Part shown: positions 24,896 to 32,000 of the stretch, piece after piece
How the letters are laid out: each line of letters begins with the position of its first letter
How positions within the stretch are numbered: position 1 is the first letter of the stretch
Assembly (NCBI GenBank): GCA_964480775.1
Contig: CAYZRF010000011.1
Span: 30,001-62,000, forward strand
DNA: 32,000 bases
Origin: an uncultured Nitrososphaerota archaeon
Lineage (GTDB): Archaea; Korarchaeota; Korarchaeia; Korarchaeales; Korarchaeaceae
Direction: 5' to 3'
Translations under genes and position numbers: made by a program
Notes under the pieces: model-generated
Databases searched by the model: none
What the model was told of the DNA's origin: nothing
Seen by the model: the letters and a program-made list of their open reading frames with translations, nothing else

Positions 24896-26124
24896 CTCAC
24901 CCCTCTAATCCTAAAAACGGGCTCTGGTCCCTTTGCCTTGGCCTCTAGAACCTCCTCGAAGATCTTCTTCAGAAGTTTCTTAGGCATGTCCCTCCCCCCA
25001 AGCCCATAGACAAAGTCGATCATCATCGGAGCATCCTTCGCCCCATAGAGAGCAGCGCACAAGTCAGAATATACCTGACCAAAGTGACCGAAGCTTATTC
25101 CTCTGTCCAATACTCCGACAGCATCGAGGTCTAAAAGAATCTTCCTTAGAAGTTCTCTTGGAAACGGTCTGAACACCCTCATTCTGATAGATCCGACCTT
25201 CTTTCCTTCTTCTCTAAGTTCGTCAACTACGGCCTTTGCTGTTCCCATGGTAGAACCCAATCCTATGACCACCACGTCGGCATCCTCGGTTCTATAAGGT
25301 TCAATGAATCCGTTACCATATGATCTACCACTTATCTCGGCGTATTCCTTGTGAACGCGCTCTATGACCTTGAAAGATCTTTCCATTGCTTCTATCTGCT
25401 GTCTCTTATGTTCAAAGTAATAGTCGAATAAGTCCAAGGGACCGAAGGTAAGTGGGTACTTGGGATTTAACATCAAGGGCACTTCCTTATCCCCATAAAT
25501 ATCGCTGACCTTTATCTTCTGGACCTTTCTAGTCCCTAAAAATTCATGAACTACCTCATCTGGAAGCAATGAGACATTTTGGAGGGTGTGACTTATGAGG
25601 AAACCGTCTAGCGTGACCATAGTTGGGAGCAAAACTTCTGGATCCTCAGAGATTTTGAAAGCCTGTATCGTAGAGTCGTAGGCTTCTTGAGCATCTTCAC
25701 AATAAATCTGGATCCATCCAGCATCTCTAGCTCCCATCGAGTCGTTATGATCGCAGTGTATGTTGATTGGACCCGAGGGAGCTCTATTGACAACAGCCAT
25801 AACCACGGGCATCCTTAAAGAAGCCGTTATGTATAAGATCTCAAACATTAACTGGAGCCCGTTAGCCGCTGTGGCCGTGAAGGCTCTTGCACCAGCAGCA
25901 GCAGCTCCTACACATGCACTTAAAGCACTGTGTTCGCTTTCGACCTTGATGAACTCCATATCTACCTCTCCTTCATGAACAAAATCTGATATTCTCTCAA
26001 CGATGATCGTCTGAGGAGTTATTGGATAAGCTGAAACTACGTCGACGTTACTTTGCTTAACGGCCCATGCAACGGCCTCATCTCCATTAAGAGCCATCAT
26101 CTTTTGTTTAACAACCTTCTGCAT
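24892..26124 (-). CDS. porA: Pyruvate/2-oxoacid:ferredoxin oxidoreductase, alpha subunit
   Basis: 410 aa. NGDEAVAWA, YPITPQT and ESEHSA motifs typical of the alpha subunit. Confidence 0.9.
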   Translation of the reverse strand: MQKVVKQKMMALNGDEAVAWAVKQSNVDVVSAYPITPQTIIVERISDFVHEGEVDMEFIKVESEHSALSACVGAAAAGARAFTATAANGLQLMFEILYITASLRMPVVMAVVNRAPSGPINIHCDHNDSMGARDAGWIQIYCEDAQEAYDSTIQAFKISEDPEVLLPTMVTLDGFLISHTLQNVSLLPDEVVHEFLGTRKVQKIKVSDIYGDKEVPLMLNPKYPLTFGPLDLFDYYFEHKRQQIEAMERSFKVIERVHKEYAEISGRSYGNGFIEPYRTEDADVVVIGLGSTMGTAKAVVDELREEGKKVGSIRMRVFRPFPRELLRKILLDLDAVGVLDRGISFGHFGQVYSDLCAALYGAKDAPMMIDFVYGLGGRDMPKKLLKKIFEEVLEAKAKGPEPVFRIRGVR

Positions 26125-26128
26125 ATCA

Positions 26129-26395
26129 TCACCTCACCATCTCAATCGCGTTCACAGGGCACTCCTCTGCGCAAATGCCGCATCCCTTACAATAATCGTA
26201 GTTAGGCTTCGGGACCGTATCTCCATCCCATTCGATGGCAGAATCTGGGCAGAAAATCCAGCAATTGCCGCATTTTATGCACTTTTCTCCATCTATTACT
26301 GGTCTAAAGACCTTCCAGTCTCCCGTGTGATACTCAGTTGACTTCAGAAACGGAACACCCGCTATTGGTATCTCCTGCCAACTTCTCTTACTCAT
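26129..26395 (-). CDS. porD: Pyruvate/2-oxoacid:ferredoxin oxidoreductase, delta (2x[4Fe-4S]) subunit
   Basis: 88 aa. Two CxxCxxCxxxCP clusters ([24 protein letters not shown]). 4-nt overlap with the gamma gene. Confidence 0.88.
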   Translation of the reverse strand: MSKRSWQEIPIAGVPFLKSTEYHTGDWKVFRPVIDGEKCIKCGNCWIFCPDSAIEWDGDTVPKPNYDYCKGCGICAEECPVNAIEMVR

Positions 26396-26949
26396 CCTGT
26401 CTTCACCTCCTTCAGAGCCCTTTCTATTGCTCTAATGTTCTTCTCACTGATCTCTCCTGGCCACCTCTCCCTTACTACGGCCTTTATTGAATCCAGAGGA
26501 ACTACAGAGACTGCTTTAAGCATTGCTCCAAGCATTGGAGTGTTAGTTATTGCTCTTCCCATCTCTTCAAGCGCTATTGTAGTCGCATCTACCGTCCAAA
26601 CCTTTACTTCTTTCGGAACGTCGAGCTTCTTTCTTATCTCCTCAGGACTCATCGGCGTATTTACGAGCAGATGTCCGTTTGGCTTTATTCCAGCTAGAAT
26701 TCCTTTTCCGTTCTCTAGTAGGGTCGGATCAATCACGATGACTACATCTGGCTCGTATATGCTTGCATGAACCACTATGGGTTTTTCATCGATCCTGTTA
26801 TATGCTTGAACTGGAGCTCCTGTTCTCTCTGGACCAAACTCTGGAAAAGATTGTGCGTATTTACCCGTTTTTATGGCTGCGGTGGCCAGGAGTATGGACG
26901 CACTCCAGACACCCTGACCTCCCCTTCCATGCCATCGTATCTCAAGCAT
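26392..26949 (-). CDS. porG: Pyruvate/2-oxoacid:ferredoxin oxidoreductase, gamma subunit
   Basis: 185 aa. [11 protein letters not shown] and FGPERTGAP motifs. Confidence 0.88.
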   Translation of the reverse strand: MLEIRWHGRGGQGVWSASILLATAAIKTGKYAQSFPEFGPERTGAPVQAYNRIDEKPIVVHASIYEPDVVIVIDPTLLENGKGILAGIKPNGHLLVNTPMSPEEIRKKLDVPKEVKVWTVDATTIALEEMGRAITNTPMLGAMLKAVSVVPLDSIKAVVRERWPGEISEKNIRAIERALKEVKTG

Positions 26950-27083
26950 AGTAGAACGCCTGAGGAATTGAATAGGTCATATAGTTAAAAACTTGAATTA
27001 CAAATTCATGCAATATCTTTAGAGACGGCTATTAGGCGAATTTCAAATAATCATAACGACTTAGGGCATTTTCTTCCAAGCAA

Positions 27084-28217
27084 TTAGTTACGGGAATCTG
27101 CCTTTGATAATGGTATTACTGGTGCCTTTGGAAACCTCCCCAAATTGACCCACTCGTAAGGCGGAGCGTCAGCCAGGATAACTCTTATCCCAATGGGTTT
27201 CCCTTTCCTATAAGCTAAGACCATTGCATCTCGAAATAGTTCAGCCAGGTTTCTGTCTTTCACGGAAGATGGCAGGATCACCATGTCCAAACCAGCAACA
27301 GAGACAGATATCATGGACACCAGATCCATTGCTGAAAGCGATCCTGAGGCACCTAATTCCTTCAATCTATTATCTTCGGCTAAAGGTAGCATGACTTCAT
27401 TAAAGCCAGTTATGTTAAAGTGCTTGGAAAGGTTAGAAATTGAAATATTAAGCTTATGGATCGCGTTCAGGGTTCCAGGTCCTCCAAAAATTGTTCCAGA
27501 CAAAATTTCTATCACACGCGCAACGCTCTCATCCATCCAAGGTGAGAGAGAGGAATCTATGCCTATGAACTCAAGGTCTTGATCTAAACTCGCTAATCTG
27601 ATATCTTGAGCTATCGGATAAAGCAAGGAGAATAAGATCTCATCTAAACTCCCTTCATTAGAAGAAGACAGCTTATCTTGAAGACTTCCAGCATATCTCA
27701 AACAAGCAGAAATTCCTTTCCTATTAGATACAGAATCTGGAAAGTAAGGGGTCTCAGGCGGACCTCCGTATGCTATTGCAAACTTGGTACAAGCCTCAGG
27801 ACCAGCAATTTCATAAATTCTCTTAATTAGCCTTGCCATCGAAATAAGTTCGAGCTTGCTAGGGTTCTCGTTCAGATCCCCAGCTTTGACGTTGAAAAAG
27901 ATCTTTGATGTATTAGAAAGAGATTCTGACAAGAAATCTGCCACTTTCGTCGGATCTTGTGCACCCAAAGGGATGACGGCATAGTCTATTCCTGAGTCCG
28001 CTAAACCTTCCTCTACTCTGGTTGAGATCTTAGGAAGTTCTTCCATTTTGTAGCTTAGTTGTGGGAAAACAGCCCTCTTTGTCCATATTTTTGCTTTTGA
28101 GGAGTCTTCTATCTTCTTGAGCTTCTCTGAATCTTCGATGAAATGCTCTAAGGCATCTTCAACGTGCATATTCTTAGATGGGGGAATATGATAAGTTAAA
28201 GCCCTCACTAAAACCAT
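27084..28217 (-). CDS. DUF711 / UPF0210 family protein
   Basis: Motifs GIDSSLSPW, GFNEVMLPLAEDNRL, SVSVAGLDMVILPSS and IGIRVI parallel the conserved UPF0210 blocks (IDxSLAP, GxSGLMLPVxED, SVCSxGLDMxxIPGD, xRxIP). The likely start is ATG at 28217 or 28226. The track's 28289 start adds a poorly supported extension. Confidence 0.72.
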   Translation of the reverse strand: MVLVRALTYHIPPSKNMHVEDALEHFIEDSEKLKKIEDSSKAKIWTKRAVFPQLSYKMEELPKISTRVEEGLADSGIDYAVIPLGAQDPTKVADFLSESLSNTSKIFFNVKAGDLNENPSKLELISMARLIKRIYEIAGPEACTKFAIAYGGPPETPYFPDSVSNRKGISACLRYAGSLQDKLSSSNEGSLDEILFSLLYPIAQDIRLASLDQDLEFIGIDSSLSPWMDESVARVIEILSGTIFGGPGTLNAIHKLNISISNLSKHFNITGFNEVMLPLAEDNRLKELGASGSLSAMDLVSMISVSVAGLDMVILPSSVKDRNLAELFRDAMVLAYRKGKPIGIRVILADAPPYEWVNLGRFPKAPVIPLSKADSRN

Positions 28218-28313
28218 ATGCGGCATTTGAGACCAGAAATCTAAAAAACTTCTGTTTATTAACGTAAAAACTAAACTAGGACAAAGCAAAGGTCCCGAGA
28301 TGTATTAAAAGTG

Positions 28314-28321
28314 TTTAAATA
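28314..28321 (+). promoter_or_regulatory. TATA box TTTAAATA upstream of the PDO gene
   Basis: Consensus-like archaeal TATA 33-40 nt before ATG 28354, with an AGGTG SD (28341-28345) in between. Confidence 0.4.
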
Positions 28322-28353
28322 GCCTAATATAATTCCCATGTAGGTGTCTTCAA

Positions 28354-29049
28354 ATGGTCCACGAACATAGACTTTTAGATGATAAGACAAGAAAAGCTCT
28401 GACCGAAAGGTTTCAAAACGAACTGGAAGAGGAGGTACACCTAATTCTTTTCAAAGGGATTGGAAACGAGGAATACGAAAACTGGTGTGAGAGACTATTA
28501 AAGGAACTTGAAGAGTTGTCAGAAAAGATAACAGCCTCCATCTATAATGTGCTAGAAAAAACAGATCTTGTTGAAAAATACGAGATAATCAGCACCCCTA
28601 CAATACTGATCTCTCCAGAGAAGGGTTACAAGATAAGGTGTGCTGGAAGCCCAATGGGTTATGAGGCTTGGTCCTTCATAGAGACAATCGTTGCGGTTTC
28701 AAAAGGCGAAAGCGGCCTTGGATCTAAAGCGAAGGAAATAGCCAAGGAGATTGTAAGTAGAGGGATAGAGGTTAAGGCTTCTGTTTTCGTCACTCCGTCA
28801 TGCCCTTACTGTCCACAACAAGTCTTAGCCGCGAATAAATTTGCAATAGAAGCAAAGGGCTTCTTTACGGCGGAGTGCGTTGAGGCTCAAGAGAACATAG
28901 AGCTTGCAACGAAGTTCAATGTCTCAGGAGTCCCACACACTGTGATATTCGTAAAGGATAATGGGGAGTGGGTTCCAAAGAGAGACGACCTTGTTGGATT
29001 AAGACCTGAGGAGATTTTTGCGGAAGAAATTTTAGAGGCATTAGAGTGA
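28354..29049 (+). CDS. pdo: Protein disulfide oxidoreductase (glutaredoxin-like, two thioredoxin folds; PfPDO family)
   Basis: 231 aa. C-terminal unit VFVTPSCPYCPQQVLAANKFAIE...VSGVPHTVIF closely parallels P. furiosus PDO (FVTPTCPYCPLAVRMAHKFAIE...VMAVPKIVI). The N-terminal unit aligns but carries ENWC instead of CQYC. Confidence 0.85.
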   Translation: MVHEHRLLDDKTRKALTERFQNELEEEVHLILFKGIGNEEYENWCERLLKELEELSEKITASIYNVLEKTDLVEKYEIISTPTILISPEKGYKIRCAGSPMGYEAWSFIETIVAVSKGESGLGSKAKEIAKEIVSRGIEVKASVFVTPSCPYCPQQVLAANKFAIEAKGFFTAECVEAQENIELATKFNVSGVPHTVIFVKDNGEWVPKRDDLVGLRPEEIFAEEILEALE

Positions 29050-29931
29050 ATGAAATTGGCTAAGATACTTCTACTTAACGATGATGGACCAAACAGTCCT
29101 CCCTTCTTGGCCTTCTGGAAGGAACTGATGAGGTCCAATATAGGCGAACTGTACACAATAACTCCAGAACATGAAATGAGCGCTGCTGGAAAAGGACTAA
29201 CACTTCACAAGCCCCTTAGGCTTTACAAGAGGGTTATAGAAGTGGATGGAGAGAAAGGGATCCTGTACCTGACCAACGGAACTCCTGGAGACTGCGTTGT
29301 TGTAGCAATAGACCTCATAATTGGATCAAAACCAGACCTCGTTATATCTGGGATAAACAAGGGCGACAACACCACAATAGACAACCTTTTCACAAGCGGA
29401 ACGATAGCTGGGGCCCTTCAAGGGGTGCTAAACGGGGCTAAAGCAGCAGCTTTCTCAACAGAAATACCAATTGGCGAGTTTGAACTAGAAATAGATCACT
29501 TTAAGCCTCATGCGAAGATAGCAGTGATGATATCCAAATGGCTCGTTGAAAATGAGCTTCCAGGAATTCACCTCCTCAACGTAAACTTTCCGTATAGAGT
29601 TACTGAAAAGACTCCAATTAAGCTGACAAAGCTAGGTTGGACAAAGTTCACTAACTACGTTTTAGAGAGGCTAGATCCGAGAGGAAGGCCTTACTATTGG
29701 ATAGCCAGCACATTTAGAGATCTTACAACCGAAGGACCTGACACAGATGTTTACGCATTAGAAGCAGAGAAAGCCATCTCAATAACGCCGATAAAACTGG
29801 ACCTCAGTATTTTCAGCTTTATGGAAGAGGATCCAACTAAATTAAAGAAGCAGGCTGAAGAAGCAGTTGAAAAACTGGAGGGACTTATCTCAATCCTTGA
29901 AAAAATGAAAGAAGAGATATTCATTCGTTAG
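29050..29931 (+). CDS. surE: 5'/3'-nucleotidase SurE
   Basis: 293 aa. ILLLNDDGPNSP, GTPGDCV and SGINKGDN motifs. About 35 aa charged C-terminal extension. ATG abuts the PDO stop (TGAATG). Confidence 0.88.
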   Translation: MKLAKILLLNDDGPNSPPFLAFWKELMRSNIGELYTITPEHEMSAAGKGLTLHKPLRLYKRVIEVDGEKGILYLTNGTPGDCVVVAIDLIIGSKPDLVISGINKGDNTTIDNLFTSGTIAGALQGVLNGAKAAAFSTEIPIGEFELEIDHFKPHAKIAVMISKWLVENELPGIHLLNVNFPYRVTEKTPIKLTKLGWTKFTNYVLERLDPRGRPYYWIASTFRDLTTEGPDTDVYALEAEKAISITPIKLDLSIFSFMEEDPTKLKKQAEEAVEKLEGLISILEKMKEEIFIR

Positions 29932-30371
29932 CGGTCTTTAATGAGCTTAAATCCGTAACGATTCACTAACTCTCTTGAAAGCTTTTTTGATAGCGTCGTT
30001 ATGAAGATCTCAGCCGTTACTTGTACCTCTGCCTCTAAAAGATGACCCGCAACAATTCCCTTTTTGGTACCAAGGGTGACGTGTAGATGGGGGAACGGCT
30101 TTCCATCGGGCAAGATTGAGATGTTTCCTAGAAGAGAAACAAGCTCTGAAAAACCTTCAACTTCCTCTGGCTCATATTCTCCTTTTTCAGGTACAAACAC
30201 ACCTACTTTTGCTCTTCTTATTCCACCTATCCCCATTACAAAGGCACCTTTAATGTCCCTTTTTTCAGCAATCTCTGTTAACTTAGCTATTATCTCATCC
30301 CCATCCTCCAATCTCACGAAAATCACATCTTTAACCGACGAAAGAAGTCCCGGAAGGGTCTCTGAAGACAA
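29928..30371 (-). CDS. PPC (DUF296) domain protein
   Basis: 147 aa. GIGGIRRAKVG...SLLGNIS...PHLHVTLGTKKGIVAGHLLEAEVQVTAEIFI matches the PPC/DUF296 pattern (H-x-H, GGHL). Confidence 0.75.
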   Translation of the reverse strand: MSSETLPGLLSSVKDVIFVRLEDGDEIIAKLTEIAEKRDIKGAFVMGIGGIRRAKVGVFVPEKGEYEPEEVEGFSELVSLLGNISILPDGKPFPHLHVTLGTKKGIVAGHLLEAEVQVTAEIFITTLSKKLSRELVNRYGFKLIKDR

Positions 30372-30508
30372 TCAATCACCCACCAGTTCATGTTAGCGAA
30401 CATAATAAAGCCTTCTCGAACAACTTCAGCTCGCTGAAGGCAAAGGATTGAATCTTCAAGATAGAATATTATTCTTTTAATTAATCTAGTCTGAATGTCT
30501 TGAGAAAC

Positions 30509-31642
30509 ATGATCCCAATAGCTAGACCTGTTTTAGGCGAAGAAGAAATAAATGCCGTTAGAGAGGTCCTTCTAAGCGGGCAACTAGCCCAGGGTCCAAA
30601 GGTAAAAGAGTTTGAGGAAAGATTTGCAGAATACGTAGGCACTAGGTATGCTGTTGCTGTCTCAAATGGGACAGCGGCTCTTCAATTGGCTTTGATAGCT
30701 TTAGGTGTGAGGCCAGGTGACGAAGTGATAACGAGCCCGTTAAGTTTCTTTGCAAGCGCAAGTTCTATTCTGTTGATAGGAGCTAAACCCGTTTTCGTAG
30801 ATGTAGAAGAGAGGACCTACAACATAGATCCAAAGAAAATAAAGGCCGCGATTACCCCAAAGACAAAGGCAATAATGGTAGTTCACTTACACGGCCATCC
30901 GGCGGACATGGATCCTATATTAGATGTTGCAAGGGAAGAGAACATACCAGTTCTTGAAGATGCTGCTCAGGCCCATGGTGCTCAATACAAAGGAAAAATG
31001 GCTGGTTCTTTGGGAGATGCTGCAACATTTAGCTTCTACGCCACTAAGAACATGACGACAGGTGAAGGCGGAATGGTCACCACAAACTCTAGAGAGGTTG
31101 CTGAAATGATCTCACTTCTAAGACATCACGGGCAGATATCAAGGTATGTTCACGAGTATTTGGGCTATAACATGAGAATGACAGAATTACAAGCGGCCAT
31201 AGGGCTGGTTCAGCTGCGAAAGCTTGATGCCAACAATAGGAGAAGAAGGGAGATAGCTAAGAGATACTCTGAGGAGCTTTCTGGCATAAAAGAAATTATC
31301 CTGCCTGTAGAGGAGCGGTGGGCTAAACACTCATGGCATCTTTATGCGATTAGGACTGAAAAGGATAGAAGAGGTTCTATAATAAGTAAGTTAAGAGAGC
31401 TAGGGGTTGATGCTAGGTCTACATATCCAATACCGCTACACAAACAACCCATCATGGAAGGACTTAACGACGACAGCAAGAATTTCTTGGCTAGGATCTT
31501 TCCTTCAATTTCGTATGCCAATATATCGTTGCCTATTGCTGAAAGACTCACCAATGAGCTGTTCTATATACCGGTTCACCATAACCTCTCTGATGAGGAG
31601 GTTTCTGGGGTAATAGATTCTGTTAGAAGGGTTCTCTCTTAG
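30509..31642 (+). CDS. DegT/DnrJ/EryC1/StrS family PLP-dependent sugar aminotransferase
   Basis: MIPIARPVLGEEEI start (ATG at 30509, while the track begins at TTG 30500). LEDAAQAHGA. PLP-lysine context FSFYATKNMTTGEGGMV. Confidence 0.88.
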   Translation: MIPIARPVLGEEEINAVREVLLSGQLAQGPKVKEFEERFAEYVGTRYAVAVSNGTAALQLALIALGVRPGDEVITSPLSFFASASSILLIGAKPVFVDVEERTYNIDPKKIKAAITPKTKAIMVVHLHGHPADMDPILDVAREENIPVLEDAAQAHGAQYKGKMAGSLGDAATFSFYATKNMTTGEGGMVTTNSREVAEMISLLRHHGQISRYVHEYLGYNMRMTELQAAIGLVQLRKLDANNRRRREIAKRYSEELSGIKEIILPVEERWAKHSWHLYAIRTEKDRRGSIISKLRELGVDARSTYPIPLHKQPIMEGLNDDSKNFLARIFPSISYANISLPIAERLTNELFYIPVHHNLSDEEVSGVIDSVRRVLS

Positions 31643-31684
31643 GGCGACCTGAAGGTTATATTTGCGAAGTAATTCATCCAATGA

Positions 31685-31984
31685 ATGGCGGTAAACGAAA
31701 TGGAACAGGCAGATCAATTCGAAAAATCCATTTACAGGATAGCAATATCCCTAATAATCTTTGGACTTGGTCTTCTCTCCACAATTTTCGTAATATCTAT
31801 GATCCTCTTCATCAGAGAAATGGGAAAGGAGAGTTCATCCGTTAGCGGCTCAATGACGGGTCTTATCATATCTCTTACAAAGATACTTCCATTAACTATG
31901 GCCTTGGCAGCAGCAATAATAATGCTCAGCAAAGGACTTGGCCTTCTCCTTAAGGTTAGAGATCTTCCTAGGGGAGAAAACTGA
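31685..31984 (+). CDS. Small membrane protein (hypothetical)
   Basis: 99 aa with two predicted TM helices (IAISLIIFGLGLLSTIFVISMILFI and LPLTMALAAAIIMLSKGLGLLL). No recognisable motif. Confidence 0.45.
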   Translation: MAVNEMEQADQFEKSIYRIAISLIIFGLGLLSTIFVISMILFIREMGKESSSVSGSMTGLIISLTKILPLTMALAAAIIMLSKGLGLLLKVRDLPRGEN

Positions 31985-32000
31985 AAGTATAGAGAATAGG

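Noticed and set aside
28218-28353. Possible SurR operator (GTTn3AAC) in the DUF711/PDO divergent spacer
   Set aside because: The only similar string is GTTTATTAAC (GTT-n4-AAC), which has the wrong spacing. There is no extended GTTn3AACn5GTT motif.
30432-30448. Inverted repeat CTTCAGC-TC-GCTGAAG in the PPC/DegT divergent spacer
   Set aside because: It is a real but short palindrome (6-7 bp) with a very tight loop. No T-tract or obvious promoter relation was seen, so evidence is insufficient to call it a regulatory site.
1-32000. CRISPR arrays, transposases/IS elements, toxin-antitoxin pairs, restriction-modification or other known defence modules
   Set aside because: I saw no regularly spaced direct repeats. 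No ORF has transposase, Cas, RT, helicase-nuclease or methyltransferase motifs. The MazG-like and Nudix genes sit in housekeeping-style operons rather than defence-island contexts.

Overview
This is a densely coding archaeal chromosomal window. Archaeal markers are XerA, Sec61-beta/SecG, archaeal-type GluRS and GlyRS, a four-subunit 2-oxoacid:ferredoxin oxidoreductase, a Pyrococcus-type protein disulfide oxidoreductase and an intron-containing tRNA. Proteins are rich in E/K/I/V/R and most genes have GGAGGTGA-like Shine-Dalgarno sites, which suggests a thermophilic euryarchaeote-like organism. I cannot name the taxon from sequence alone. I support about 38 CDS. These include one edge-truncated ORF missing from the supplied track, a metal ABC importer operon with an embedded FmdE-like gene, an ABC-2 exporter pair and a five-gene housekeeping string (secG, MazG-like, PRTase, glyS, DHH). 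There is also a porGDAB-type operon and a cluster of secreted or anchored surface proteins. RNA genes are one tRNA-Lys(UUU) with a 19-nt intron in a bulge-helix-bulge fold, and one previously unlisted candidate C/D box sRNA in the 183-bp spacer at 6723-6905. I saw no CRISPR array, transposase, integrated element or recognisable defence genes, so the window looks like core genome rather than an accessory island. The items most worth follow-up are the C/D sRNA candidate, an orphan LysW-like zinc-ribbon protein with an acidic tail, a translationally coupled DUF1512 / TM-zinc-ribbon / Nudix operon, an RNase HII/HIII-like paralog inside a surface-protein operon, and the FmdE-like gene inside the metal transporter. 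All functional calls rest on motifs I recognise by eye. No database search was run.
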